DNA of 63,263 nucleotides, filler included, from Olpidium bornovanus S191 (taxonomy: Eukaryota; Fungi; Olpidiomycota): NCBI GenBank assembly GCA_017911155.1. It is 31 parts of 31 records of this genome, joined end to end, with 100 filler letters (N's around TTAATTAATTAA, not from the genome) between each part and the next. Parts side by side here need not be neighbours in the genome. Positions count along the whole stretch, not along the records: positions 45,820 to 48,550 come from JAEFCI010001977.1; positions 48,651 to 50,223 come from JAEFCI010000611.1; positions 50,324 to 53,374 come from JAEFCI010004333.1; positions 53,475 to 54,747 come from JAEFCI010011843.1; positions 54,848 to 56,918 come from JAEFCI010007216.1; 26 more parts are not named here. One strand, written 5' to 3'. The position numbers were made by a program, and so were the translations under genes. Positions 46,336 to 57,018 of this stretch are shown here, piece after piece. The stretch's first letter is position 1. Each line of letters opens with the position of its first letter. The notes beneath the pieces were generated by a model that was not told where the DNA came from, searched no databases, and saw nothing but the letters and a program-made list of their open reading frames with translations.

Positions 46336-47231
46336 GGCGCTCGGCTCTTCCGACTCTTCCCCTACTCCTCCTCTTTTTGCTGCTTCCGCCTCGTTCCAGG
46401 GAGCGCGCCGACGCCGTTCGTAGGCGCGGCGGTCGCAAGGCAGCCGAAGGCGGGTGGGTTTGAACCGTTTTGTTTATTATTCTTCCGGGAGGTTTATGCG
46501 CAAGGAAAAAGCGACGGGGTGCTGCTGTTGTTGTTAGGGGGGGGGGTTTTGTCTACGGCAGGGCTCGCCCACTGCTCGGCCGCGGGCGACAGAGCGAAAC
46601 CTTTTCCGACAGCGGTGCGTCCGGTCCCTTCCCGCGTGGTTACCACGCGGGGCTCCAAGCTCTCGCGTGCGGTGGGGTGCGGGGGCAGTCAGGGGGGGGG
46701 TTATGGTTGGCGGGGTTTCCCGTGTGTGGCGCTGGGGGAAGAAGAGGGAAAGGGGGAAAGCTCTTTGATTGGCGGGCTTCGAGGGGGAAGGGGGGAAGCG
46801 CTCTTCAATTGGCGGGTTTCGAGGGGGACTATTCTCTTGGTCGGCCCCCGGGTTTGGGGGCCGTCCTGCCCTCGACCCCGCCGCCGCCTCCGCCCTTCGA
46901 CCGCCTCTCGCCCTTTGCCCTGCGCCCTTCGCCCGCCGTCCTTCGCCAGCCGCCCGCCTTCCGTGGCGTCGGTCGACGGGCGGTTCGAGGGCCGTGCTAC
47001 AGCACAACGATGGCCTCAGAAGGTAGCTAAGCTGGCTTTAAGTGTCACGCACTATAGAAGCTCTTCAGGGCTCCGAAAAGTCCCCCGAAGTCCTCCTGTT
47101 CCCCCTCTCCCCCGCCGCCCCCCCAAACTCCCACTCCCACGCCGGGCCCTTTCCCCCACCCCCACACGCACACACACACACACCGCTCACGCGCGCCGCA
47201 TCCGCAAAAAACAACAACAACAAAAAAAAGG

Positions 47232-48456
47232 ATGTTCGCCCTCCGCTCCGCCGTCGCCTCCGCCGGAGCGCGCGCAGCCGCCGTCGCTGCCGCCGCCCGC
47301 CCCTTCTCGTCCACAGCTGCCAGGCACACGCGCGTTGCCGTGCTGGGGGCGTCGGGCGGCATCGGGCAGCCGCTTTCGCTGCTCCTCAGGATGAATGCCC
47401 TGGTGTCGCGCCTGGCGCTGTACGACATCGTCGGCACAGCCGGGGTGGCGGCGGACCTGTCGCACATCGACGCGCCGTCCGAGGTGGTCGGTTTCACGGC
47501 CGACGACGACGGCCTACGCAAGGCGCTCGAGGGCGCCGAGGTCGTGGTCGTGCCAGCGGGCGTGCCGCGCAAGCCCGGGATGACGCGCGACGACCTGTTC
47601 AACACCAACGCCGGGATTGTCGCCAGCCTCGCCGACGCCGTCGCCAGGCACTGCCCGGAAGCGCAGCTGCTCGTCATCTCTAACCCCGTCAACTCCACCG
47701 TGCCGATCTGCGCCGAAGTGCTCAAGAAGCGCGGCGTCTACGACCCGCGCCGTCTCTTCGGCGTCACCACCCTTGACGTCATGCGCGCGTCTCGCTTCGT
47801 CTACGAGGCGAACGCCGCCCCCTTCGGGACGCGTGTCGCCGTTGTCGGCGGCCACAGCGGCGCGACCATCATCCCGCTCCTTTCGCAGAGTGCGTTCCCC
47901 TCTCCCTCTTCCGCCGCTGTTCCCCACCCCCCGGTTTGTCGGCGCGCGGACCACCCCGGGGAGTTTTCTCCACGAGGGAACACCGGTTTTATCGCGTCTC
48001 AGCCTGACCCAATTCTCCCTTCCCTGCCCCACCCCCCTACCACCGTCACCCGCAGTTTCCGGCGCGATCTACACAGAGGAGACCAGAAACGCGCTGACGC
48101 ACCGCATCCAGTTCGGCGGCGACGAGGTCGTGAAGGCCAAGGACGGCAAGGGGTCCGCCACCCTCTCCATGGCTCTCGCCGGCGCCCGGTTCATGAACTC
48201 GGTGCTCCATGCCAAGAATGGCACGAGGAGGGTCGTGGAGCCGGCCTACGTCGAGAGCCCCATCATGAAGGACAAGGGGATCTCGTTCTTCGCATCCGAA
48301 GTTGAGCTTGACCGCAACGGCATCGATCGGATCTTCCCCGTGGGCCAGATCGACGAGTACGAGAAGGCCCTGCTGGACAAGTGCCTCCCTGAGCTCAAGG
48401 AGAGCATCGAGAAGGGCGTCGAGTTCGCCAAGAAATGGCAGCCCTCCCAGAAGTAA
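47232..48456 (+). CDS. MDH1: Mitochondrial NAD-malate dehydrogenase (complete, one intron 47890-48055)
   Basis: Presequence [81 protein letters not shown] and [24 protein letters not shown]. Confidence 0.98.
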
Positions 48457-48506
48457 ACCCCCGTTTCCCTTCCCATCTTCCCCCCCCCCCCCCCCCCCCC
48501 CCCCCG

Positions 48507-48537
<31 letters not shown>

Positions 48538-50387
48538 CCCCCCCCCCGCCNNNNNNNNNNNNNNNNNNNNNNNNNNNNNNNNNNNNNNNNNNNNTTAATT
48601 AATTAANNNNNNNNNNNNNNNNNNNNNNNNNNNNNNNNNNNNNNNNNNNNCCCCCCCCCAAAAAAAAAAAGATCTGCCCCCGGCGAAGCAGCCCACATGT
48701 TGGTGTCTCGCGCTGACGATCAGAAACAATCCGCCGTCCGTCTTTGTCTTCGACGCAAGTCTGCGCCATTCTGGTCCCTCGGCACAGAAAAAAAAAAAAC
48801 AAGAACAAAAAAACGTTAGCACCGACCGCAGAACAATTGGGGTGCGCCCGGATTCTCCCCCTCCCCACCAGACGCACACCTGCCAGTATTGCCGCATTTA
48901 TTCGGCTCCGCTGCGCCGCTCGCCGGGCGTTTCGATATCTGCGGATGCGCCGCGACACTCGATGTCAAAATGGCGGAGCGGCAGAAAACGGACAAAAAGA
49001 ACCAAAAAAAGGATGACCCGAAAGAAAGTTGCTCGCACTACCACCTCATGCGCCAACGCTCGAAGAATGTGCTGAGGGCAAACCGAGTTGAGCGATTCAC
49101 AGAGAGCGAGTGACAGTCGGTTCGGCTCCGGAAAGCCATCAGCCACGCGTAAAAAACACGCTTCAGCCCCGACCGCTGTTACGGAGAAAAAAAAAGAGGT
49201 TGATTACTCAGTGGAAACAAAAGAATAAAGAAAAAGATAAAGAAAAAAGAAAAAAAATTAATAAAAGAAAAAAGAAAAAATAAACCCCCCGCTGCCGCGA
49301 TAATTGAGCGGTGACGTGGTCGTGCGCGTGGCGTTTTCCCCCGCGACGTTTTTTTCCCGTCATACCCGGTAAACGATCTCCGCCTGCCGGTGCCGCGTGC
49401 CCAGCCGACCAATTCTGGCCTTCCACTTCAGGAAAAACCTCCTCAGGAGGCGTTGTTCAACCAGACCCCGGAGGCGTTCTTCCGTTTCCGGCAGGCTGAC
49501 GCGCACCCGCCGGTACGAGGTGTGTCCGGTGTCAAGGAGCAGTAAACTTTAGACGGATACCGAAGGAGGAAGGAGATAAAAAAAAAATGACCCCCCCCCC
49601 CCCCGGGGGCGTCGACGGCAAAAACCAGGATATGATCCAGCGGCCGAGCGCCGCCTTCGCCATCCTCGCCTCGGGGCCGCGCGAGCGGTCTTGGCGGCGG
49701 AAATTCAGGTCGAGACGCCAGGTTTTGAGCACGCGGGCGAGCAAGCGGCGGGCAGCCTTTTGAGCGAACAAGCGTTCCGCAACGTCGAGGGCCTGCGCAA
49801 GTTTTCCCAGATTTTGTTTTTTTTCCCGTCAAACCCGACCGTCAACGTCGTGACCCAGGAAGCTGCCGGTTGCGGACTCCCGCTGGGTCTACCTTCCGCC
49901 TGGACGACGTCGCAACCCAGTGAGAAACGGCCTTCCTTTGAAGGACCCTGGCAAAGAATTGCTTTGCGGCCAGTCGATCCCGGCTGAGAAGCGGCAGTTC
50001 GCCATTTCACATCGAAATTGAGATTGTGATATGATAAATCGGCAGGCGGCGACCTCCCTCCCCCCGCCTCACTGGGAACCCGCTAAACCCGTCCGTGCTG
50101 ACCATGCGATTCTCCAAATCAGCCAGCCGGCGTTCACTATTCGCCTGTCGGAGTTCGATACTGCGGCGTGCGACAGCTTGCGAAACGAATACTCCCGCGC
50201 CCATCTGCAGAAAGTACGATTCANNNNNNNNNNNNNNNNNNNNNNNNNNNNNNNNNNNNNNNNNNNNTTAATTAATTAANNNNNNNNNNNNNNNNNNNNN
50301 NNNNNNNNNNNNNNNNNNNNNNNCATGCCTGTCTTACTCAGGCTTCTCTCTTTTTTTCTCTTTCTCTCGCGCGCGCGGGTGGACCGG

Positions 50388-50598
50388 GGTGGCCACCCTC
50401 CCGAACAAACGCGAGAAAAGGCACCTGCCTAAGATGACCAGCGCCCAGGTGGAGATACGGACACAGCGTCCGATCGGGCTCGAGACGTTCCGGGACAACA
50501 AGGAGTTCGGCAGGGTCCTCCTGCGCAGAGGCGGCGAGACGGTGGCCACCGGGATTGTGCTGAAGATACTGTCCTTTGTCACGCAGGCATCGACGTGA
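50388..50598 (+). CDS. HBS1: Hbs1 (eRF3-like GTPase), last exon, domain III
   Basis: KRHLPKMTSAQVEIRTQRPIGLETFRDNKEFGRVLLRRGGETVATGIVLKIL. Confidence 0.82.
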
Positions 50599-50859
50599 AG
50601 AGAGGGAGGAAGGGTGTGCGTGTGTGTGTGTCTTTCCGTTTTATTCCTCGCCACCGCGGCGCCGCTGAGTTTTCCAGTCACGGCGAGTATAACGACAGGC
50701 CAAATTCATTCTGCGCGCGTCCCGAGGAAGGGAATTGTCCGGCATCGGGTGTATATACCGCAGGACCGCGTCGTGCTTTTGTCGCGTGGGCCCTCCCCCT
50801 GGGCCCCCCATCATCATCTGTATCGGACAGTGTGAGGTCGCGGCATTCCTTTATGATCG

Positions 50860-51250
50860 GGGCAAGCAGGAGTGCCAACGTTTGGCATCCTCGCCGCAAA
50901 CATCACACGGAGGCGGATCCCCGCTCGGCTTGAGGCAACCGCGTTTTTCCGTAGTTCCTTGGTGCCGGCACCTTACGTCTTTGGGCCGTTGTTGTTGTGT
51001 GAGGCGCTGTTTTCCGCCGGGCGGGCAGCTGGTACGTTTCGCTTCTTCCCTTGATTCGCCGCTAGCGGTGGCCCGCGTCCCATGCCCAGGTTCCTGATGA
51101 AAGTCTCGACGGCCAGGCCGGGCAGCGCGGAGCGAAGCGGCAGCGCAAGCCGGTCGACGGCGCCGCAGTTGTTTGTACTCAGCGGCCGTGTCATAATCTT
51201 CGGGCCGGCAGGGGAAAAGGCCCTCCCGAAGGCGCGGGCCCTCCAAAGTC
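50860..51250 (-). mobile_element. Degenerate retroelement gag remnant with zinc-knuckle-like motif
   Basis: YDTAAEY..., LAVETFIRNL in another frame, then PCDVCGEDAKRWHSCL (CxxCG...H..C-like); frameshifted. Confidence 0.4.
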
Positions 51251-52288
51251 TGCTGAAAAGTACGCTTCCAGTTGACTTTTCAGAACCCGCGTGAACGCCG
51301 GGCGGCACGTGGCCACGTTTGTTTGTTGAAAAATCAGAAGGCGGGTGGGGGCACCGCCTGTCAACAGGCGCTGACGCCGTCGTCAGCGGCGTGACCCGCC
51401 GTACCTTCCTAACGTTGGTGCCCGCAACGGGTATCCAGGATGGAATCCCTCGTGCACGGTTGCGGTCGGCGGCGACATTTCCGCGAATCCTCGGTACGGA
51501 TACGGGTAGGCAAGAGAAAAGGAAAGTTGCGCAGCAATCCTCCGCTTGCGAGGGGAGGTATTGACGGCACCGGCACCGCAAGACCCACGCGTCTCTGCGC
51601 TTCGCAGCAATGCGTTCGTGCCCCCACGCCCGGCAAAGGCCGAGGGGCAAGCTCCCGGTACAGCTGCGGGCCACAAAGAGTGTGGAGGTCACGGAGGTCT
51701 TATTGCCACCCTGCTTCCGAGGCCAGTTTTGTTTAATAAATATACTTTGGCTTTGATTCTTTCCTGAAATCCAAATGTGTGGAAAACGTGGCGTTCCAAG
51801 AGTGCTCGCCGCTGCGAAGCAGCGGCGAGCCAGCCGAGTAGTGTCCGGGGAGGCCCGCAAAAAGCCGAAGTCGCCGTCTCTACACTCTGTCGTCACCAAG
51901 CTGTTTGGTGGTTATTCTTGGACGACGTCCTCGCGGGCGCGAAGAAGGTAAAACGCACGACCGGTTGTTCTGGTCTTGGCACGCCCACGGGGAAAGCAGC
52001 GGCGCGCGAGGTCGGAGCGGAGGGTACGCCGTGGGGTGTAGAGGCAAAGACGGGAGTCCTCAGCGAAGTCCCAACGGCGGAGGTCGTCGGTTTGCGACGA
52101 CGGTTGAGGTCGGTCGAAGCTGGGGGCTCATAACCGTGAAGCTGGGCGCGGGCGAGACCGGCAACGCTCTGTTTCTTTTTTTTTTATTTTTTTTTTTCGT
52201 TTCTGCTTTGCAATTTTCGATTTTTCCGCCAGGTTCGGCCTGGTTACACGCCGAGAGGCCGAGACACCGCCAGGCGGGGGGTTCTGGA

Positions 52289-53374
52289 ATGGACCAGGAG
52301 ACCGTGCGGCCCGCGGCCGCTTCGGCGGTCGGCGAAATCCCGCCTCCAACAGAATTGCCGCCGTCGTCGGAAGCGACGCCGCCGACCGGACGAGGCGTCC
52401 GCTCCGCCCGTTTGGACGCCGCGGGCTCCTTCTCGTCGCCCTTTGCGAACCGCGACGACGCTCCCGAGGAGGAGGAGGAGGAGGAGGTCAACGAGCTGCT
52501 CGCCCGGGTCCGCGCGTTGGGGCTGGAGCAGCGGTGCCTGTGTCTCGACGAAGGGCGCTGGCTGGCGGACGGGGAGCCGTCCGCGGGCGGCGGCGGAGGT
52601 TCCGGCCGGAGGGCGGCCGCCTTCCGGCACTCGCCCTGCGGCACGCTCGCGTCGGCGGCGACCATGAAAGTCGCGTTGCGGGCGACGCTGCGCGGTTACG
52701 GCGCCGAGCGTCCGGCGGGCGGCGCGGGCGAAAGCCCCGCGGCCCGGCCGCCGGAGGACGCGGGCCCGGACGCGCCCGCCGCGGCCGCCGCGCGGGCGCG
52801 GCATGGGAACGACGGTCCCGCGGGCAGGCCGCCGAACCCGAAACGGAAGAGGAACGTGATAATCGCCGCCACCGGCTCGGTCGCGTCGGTGAAGGTCCCT
52901 GCCCTCGCCGGCCTCCTCCAGGGACGCGTACGTTTTCGAACTGCACGGGGACGTTCCGGTTCCGATGCGCTCGGGACCGTAAGTCAGATCGGGCACCCCC
53001 CCTCCGCCGCCGCGCGCCGCTCAGGACGATTTCTGCGTCAAGGTCATCGCCAGCGACCGCGCGAGGCATTTTTTCGACGAGAGCGAGGTCGACGCGCCCG
53101 TCCTCACCGACAAGGACGAGTGGAACGTACGGGTTTTTCTTTGTCGGGAGGGGGTTTCGTTTTATTTTTTTCTTTTTTTTTTTTTTTTTTTTTTTTTTTT
53201 CTTTCAGCGGCTTTGTCTTTTGTTTTTGTTTTTTTGGGGGGTTTTTTTTTTCTCATGTTCCCGTGTGTCCGCAAATCTGACGGCAGGTCTGATACGCGTT
53301 TTGCCCGGCCCTGGTTGTTTTCTCTCTCAGCAGGCGTTTTGGAACGTGCCGGCGGATTATAATGGCTTCGTCCC
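52289..53374 (+). CDS. Phosphopantothenoylcysteine decarboxylase (HFCD flavoprotein, Cab3/Hal3 family) with long N-terminal extension, partial
   Basis: RNVIIAATGSVASVKVPAL, then exon VKVIASDRARHFFDESEVDAPVLTDKDEWN: typical PPCDC N-terminal motifs. Confidence 0.85.
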
Positions 53375-54206
53375 NNNNNNNNNNNNNNNNNNNNNNNNNN
53401 NNNNNNNNNNNNNNNNNNTTAATTAATTAANNNNNNNNNNNNNNNNNNNNNNNNNNNNNNNNNNNNNNNNNNNNGCATGGCTTGCGTCCCCTTTCACAGC
53501 ATCCAGCGAGGGGAAGGGCACTGACGACGTGCGCAGGTCGTAGCCCGGCAGCGCCCCAACTGCATCGCGAGGGGCGATGCCTACGATCACAAGTAAGAGA
53601 GAGAGGTCTACCTGGAACAGAGAAGAATTTTTCCGCCCAATCTCACCCGCTTACCCGCCACCCCGCGCTCTTCACCGGGGCGGCCGCGAGATGTCGGCGG
53701 GCGGCCGCGCTGTCGAAGCAGACGGCGTCGGAAAACCCGCAAGCGCGGCGTGTTTCCTTGACGACGGGGCGACCCTGATTGCGGAGGCGCCTCGTCGGCA
53801 ACCCAAGGCCGAGACATGCCCACGGCCCCCCCCCCCCACCCCCCCTCGCCCCTCACGCGTTCGCGGGAAGCCGGGCGTTTCCATGTCGGGCAGACTCGCC
53901 GTTCTTTCATCAGTTATAGATACGTCCACTCTGCGCTCTCGCTTTCGTCGTACCGGCTTGCCGGAAAGTCCGAAAAGTTCCCGTCGCACGCAGCCGCCGC
54001 AGCCCCCGCTTTCACGTCGTCGGGTTCGCCCGCCGTCACGGAACCGCAAGCTCCGTAGCCCCCGAACACCGCCGGCGGGCCGGATCGGGTTTGTGGCCGT
54101 CTTCGCGATAGCTGGGCGCGCTCTCTTCTTTGGCCCCGTCAGATCCTGGCCGCCTGGGCGGTCAAGTGGGCAAGTGGCAGGGAGGCACGCCACGGCGCCT
54201 GGCGGC

Positions 54207-54594
54207 ATGGACAAGTACGAGATCGTGGACGTCATAGGCGAAGGTGGAGGCTCGTTCACTTTCTGCCCATGCCGTCCGCCGTGCCGGCAAGCGCCGCAGT
54301 GTGCGCGCCGGCCGGCCCCGTATTGATCACACAAGACCGGACACGCTCCCCTTGGCGGCCTCCAGGTGCGTACGGAGTCGTCCTCAAGTGCCGCAACAAG
54401 GTATTCTGGCTCCGGGCCCCGGTGCGGGGTTGCGGTCCGGCTGCATTGCGGCCGAAAAAGCTTCTGCGGCTTGCCTGACGTGCCGCCCGCCCGCACGCGC
54501 GCGCTCCGCACAACCCGGGGGCGTCACCGAGCAAAGAAGACGACCGAGGATGCGCGCGAGATCGTTGCAATAAAGAAGTTCAAGGAAACCGACG
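54207..54594 (+). CDS. CDK-like kinase (CDKL family, closest in motif to CDKL5), first three exons
   Basis: MDKYEIVDVIGE|GAYGVVLKCRNK|...EIVAIKKFKETD; the GEGAYGVVLKCR...AIKKFK string is characteristic of CDKL kinases. Confidence 0.88.
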
Positions 54595-54660
54595 GTGAAG
54601 GGGGCTGGTTTGGCTTTTCGGCAACAGGCCTTGGAAAACGCATGCCGGCCACACCCTCCC

Positions 54661-54705
<45 letters not shown>

Positions 54706-54847
54706 CCCCCCCCCGCGCCCCCCCCCCCCGCCCCCCCCCGTGACCCCNNNNNNNNNNNNNNNNNNNNNNNNNNNNNNNNNNNNNNNNNNNNTTAATTAAT
54801 TAANNNNNNNNNNNNNNNNNNNNNNNNNNNNNNNNNNNNNNNNNNNN

Positions 54848-55447
54848 AGCCGTGATGGCGCCGAGTGTTTTCGCGTACACCGGAACCGCGTGGTGAGTTT
54901 TTGCGAGCAGGTCTTTAACGACGCGTGATGGCTAGGACAAGCTCCGCTAATTTGCTTTACCGACCATGCCTGCAGCCCCGAGCGCCATCTCCAGGCGGCC
55001 GAAGTTTTTGGTGGGCGAATCTTGCTGTCTCCTTCCCGTGCCGGGGATCTCACAGTGCTGGCCGTCGTGATTGAAGCGCGTCCGTCACTTTATTCGATAT
55101 CAGGCGCAGACATCACCAATGTGCGTCGCGAGGATGCCGGAAAAGTTCTCGCGGACCAACTCCGCGCATTTCTCAAAATGCTGGAAGTGCCAAACGGCAT
55201 CAAGGCCCTCGGTTACGAGTTAGTTTTCTAACGACTCGTTATGGTTTTGCGTCCGCGCCTTGAGCTGACAACAATGTCGGGAGAGAGAGACGGCTGAATA
55301 TCCCCCTTTACGTATAACAGCTATTCGGATATCCCCAAGATGGTGAAAGGAACACTCCCTCAACACCGCGTTCTAAAACTTGCCCCTCTCCCGACAGGCG
55401 AAGCGGATCTGTCCAAGATTTTTGAGGGCGCTCTCACTGTTTACTGA
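54848..55447 (+). CDS. ADHFE1: Hydroxyacid-oxoacid transhydrogenase (iron-ADH family), last four exons
   Basis: AVMAPSVFAYTG|PERHLQAAEVF|GADITNVRREDAGKVLADQLRAFL..LEVPNGIKALGY|SDIPKMVKGTLPQHRVLKLAP...LSKIFEGALTVY*. Confidence 0.92.
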
Positions 55448-56299
55448 CGTCCGCTGGAGCTACGGAGCCCAAGTCTGATTTCCCGCTTGGAGTTTTTCTT
55501 CAGCCGAAACGTAAGGAAATAGTTAACAACATTACCTCAACGTGTGTTCGCCACTTGCAAAAGAGTTCTATCGATTTATTCTGAAAAGAAACATCGCGTC
55601 ATCCACGCCCACGCTAAACATTATGTTACTAAATTGGACCGCGCATAACGCCCCGAATCTGGGAGAAAAATGTGGGCTTTTCGAGATGGCTGGGAATGTC
55701 AGTACGACTTTCGTTCGGCCGTCAGGTTGACGAGAAAGGGTCGACGGTCCTCACAACGTGTAATTCTCCTTTGCGCCACCCTTTGCGCTCCTGGACAATT
55801 GCCCTCCCCTCCTTCCTCCTCTTCTTCCTCGTCCTCCTGCTTCGCGGTGGGGCGTACGTGCCTGCGTGCTGGGCGCTTTCGCGACGGGGCGACCGATTCT
55901 CGTTCCCCTCCTGCGGTTCTGCTTTTCTCGTTCGTGACGTCGGTGTGTGGGACATTTGCCGGCGACGGCAGATTGCGAATTCTTTCTTCCCTCTCAGCCC
56001 CTCCCTTTCTCACTTTCTCTCTGCAATGGACCGACGCGGTCACCGTACGATCTCGCGCCCGCCGTCCCGCTGGCTGCCTCACTCCACCCCTTCTCTCCCT
56101 CGCCTTGGCCTTCACGAAGGGCAGCGAGGGCCCTCTGTTGTTTTTGCTCTCCGGTTAAAGTGCGGCGGGCGAGCCTCCGCGCGTGCTGTCGTCGCAACCG
56201 GAAAGGAGAGGGAAAATGAGGGGGAATGGGGCGCCGCTACGCGGTGGAGAGGGGACCTCTTTCTTTGTCTCTCTCTTTCCTTGCGCAGAGCGAAAAGGA

Positions 56300-56815
56300 G
56301 AAAAAGATGCGGACGCGGCCCTCGCCGTCGTCGTTGGTGCCTGCTCGCTGGCCTCGATGATGATCTTGCGGCTGCCGTGGCAGCGCGAGCTCCTCGCGTT
56401 TATTTTGGTGAACCAAACGCTGCGGATTGTTTCTGTTGCTCGCCGTCATCCGCTTCCCATCTCCCCGACGTCCTTAATGTCCTTGTCTTACACGCCGACG
56501 TCGGAGCGCCCCTTGATCTCCAGCCTATGTTTGCCCCACCCTTTATGAGGAGGTCTTGGATCTCCTCGTTGTAAGTCTCTAAGTACGATGCCCGCATACG
56601 TGGAGGGCGGGCTGCTCCCGTCGCCTTCCAGTAGAAAAACAAAACACAACCCGGAAGTAGAACCCCATGGAGACAGGAGAGGAACGACTGTCCCAAGTCG
56701 CTTTCAGGTACCTCGCCGTTTTACGCGCCGATGTGAACGAAAATGCGCCGGAACGAGCTCGGAAAGATCGCGTTCCTGACGCCTTCCGTGGAGAACGTCA
56801 CCGTAAATTCCTGTT
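56300..56815 (-). pseudogene. Decayed kinesin-2 (KIF3-like) motor-domain fragment
   Basis: TFSTEGVR.AIFPSSFRRIF.HI, RASYLETYNEEIQDLL, RLEIKGRSDVGV*DKD, INARSSRCH and IIIEASE...DGEGRVRI, with stops at 56721-56723, 56488-56490 and 56446-56448 and at least two frameshifts. Confidence 0.8.
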
Positions 56816-56844
56816 TAGAAAAAACACAAAAAGAAAATTTGCGG

Positions 56845-56904
<60 letters not shown>

Positions 56905-57018
56905 GGGGGCGGGGGGGGNNNNNNNNNNNNNNNNNNNNNNNNNNNNNNNNNNNNNNNNNNNNTTAATTAATTAANNNNNNNNNNNNNNNNNNNNNNNNNN
57001 NNNNNNNNNNNNNNNNNN

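Noticed and set aside
48651-50223. Divergent gene pair (minus ORF from 49146, plus ORF from about 49691 with a possible GC-AG intron)
   Set aside because: Plausible, but no recognisable motifs and the splicing could not be resolved.
53590-53625. U6 snRNA suggested by ACAGAGAAGA
   Set aside because: Upstream and downstream U6 sequence (GATTAGCATGG and others) is absent; chance match.
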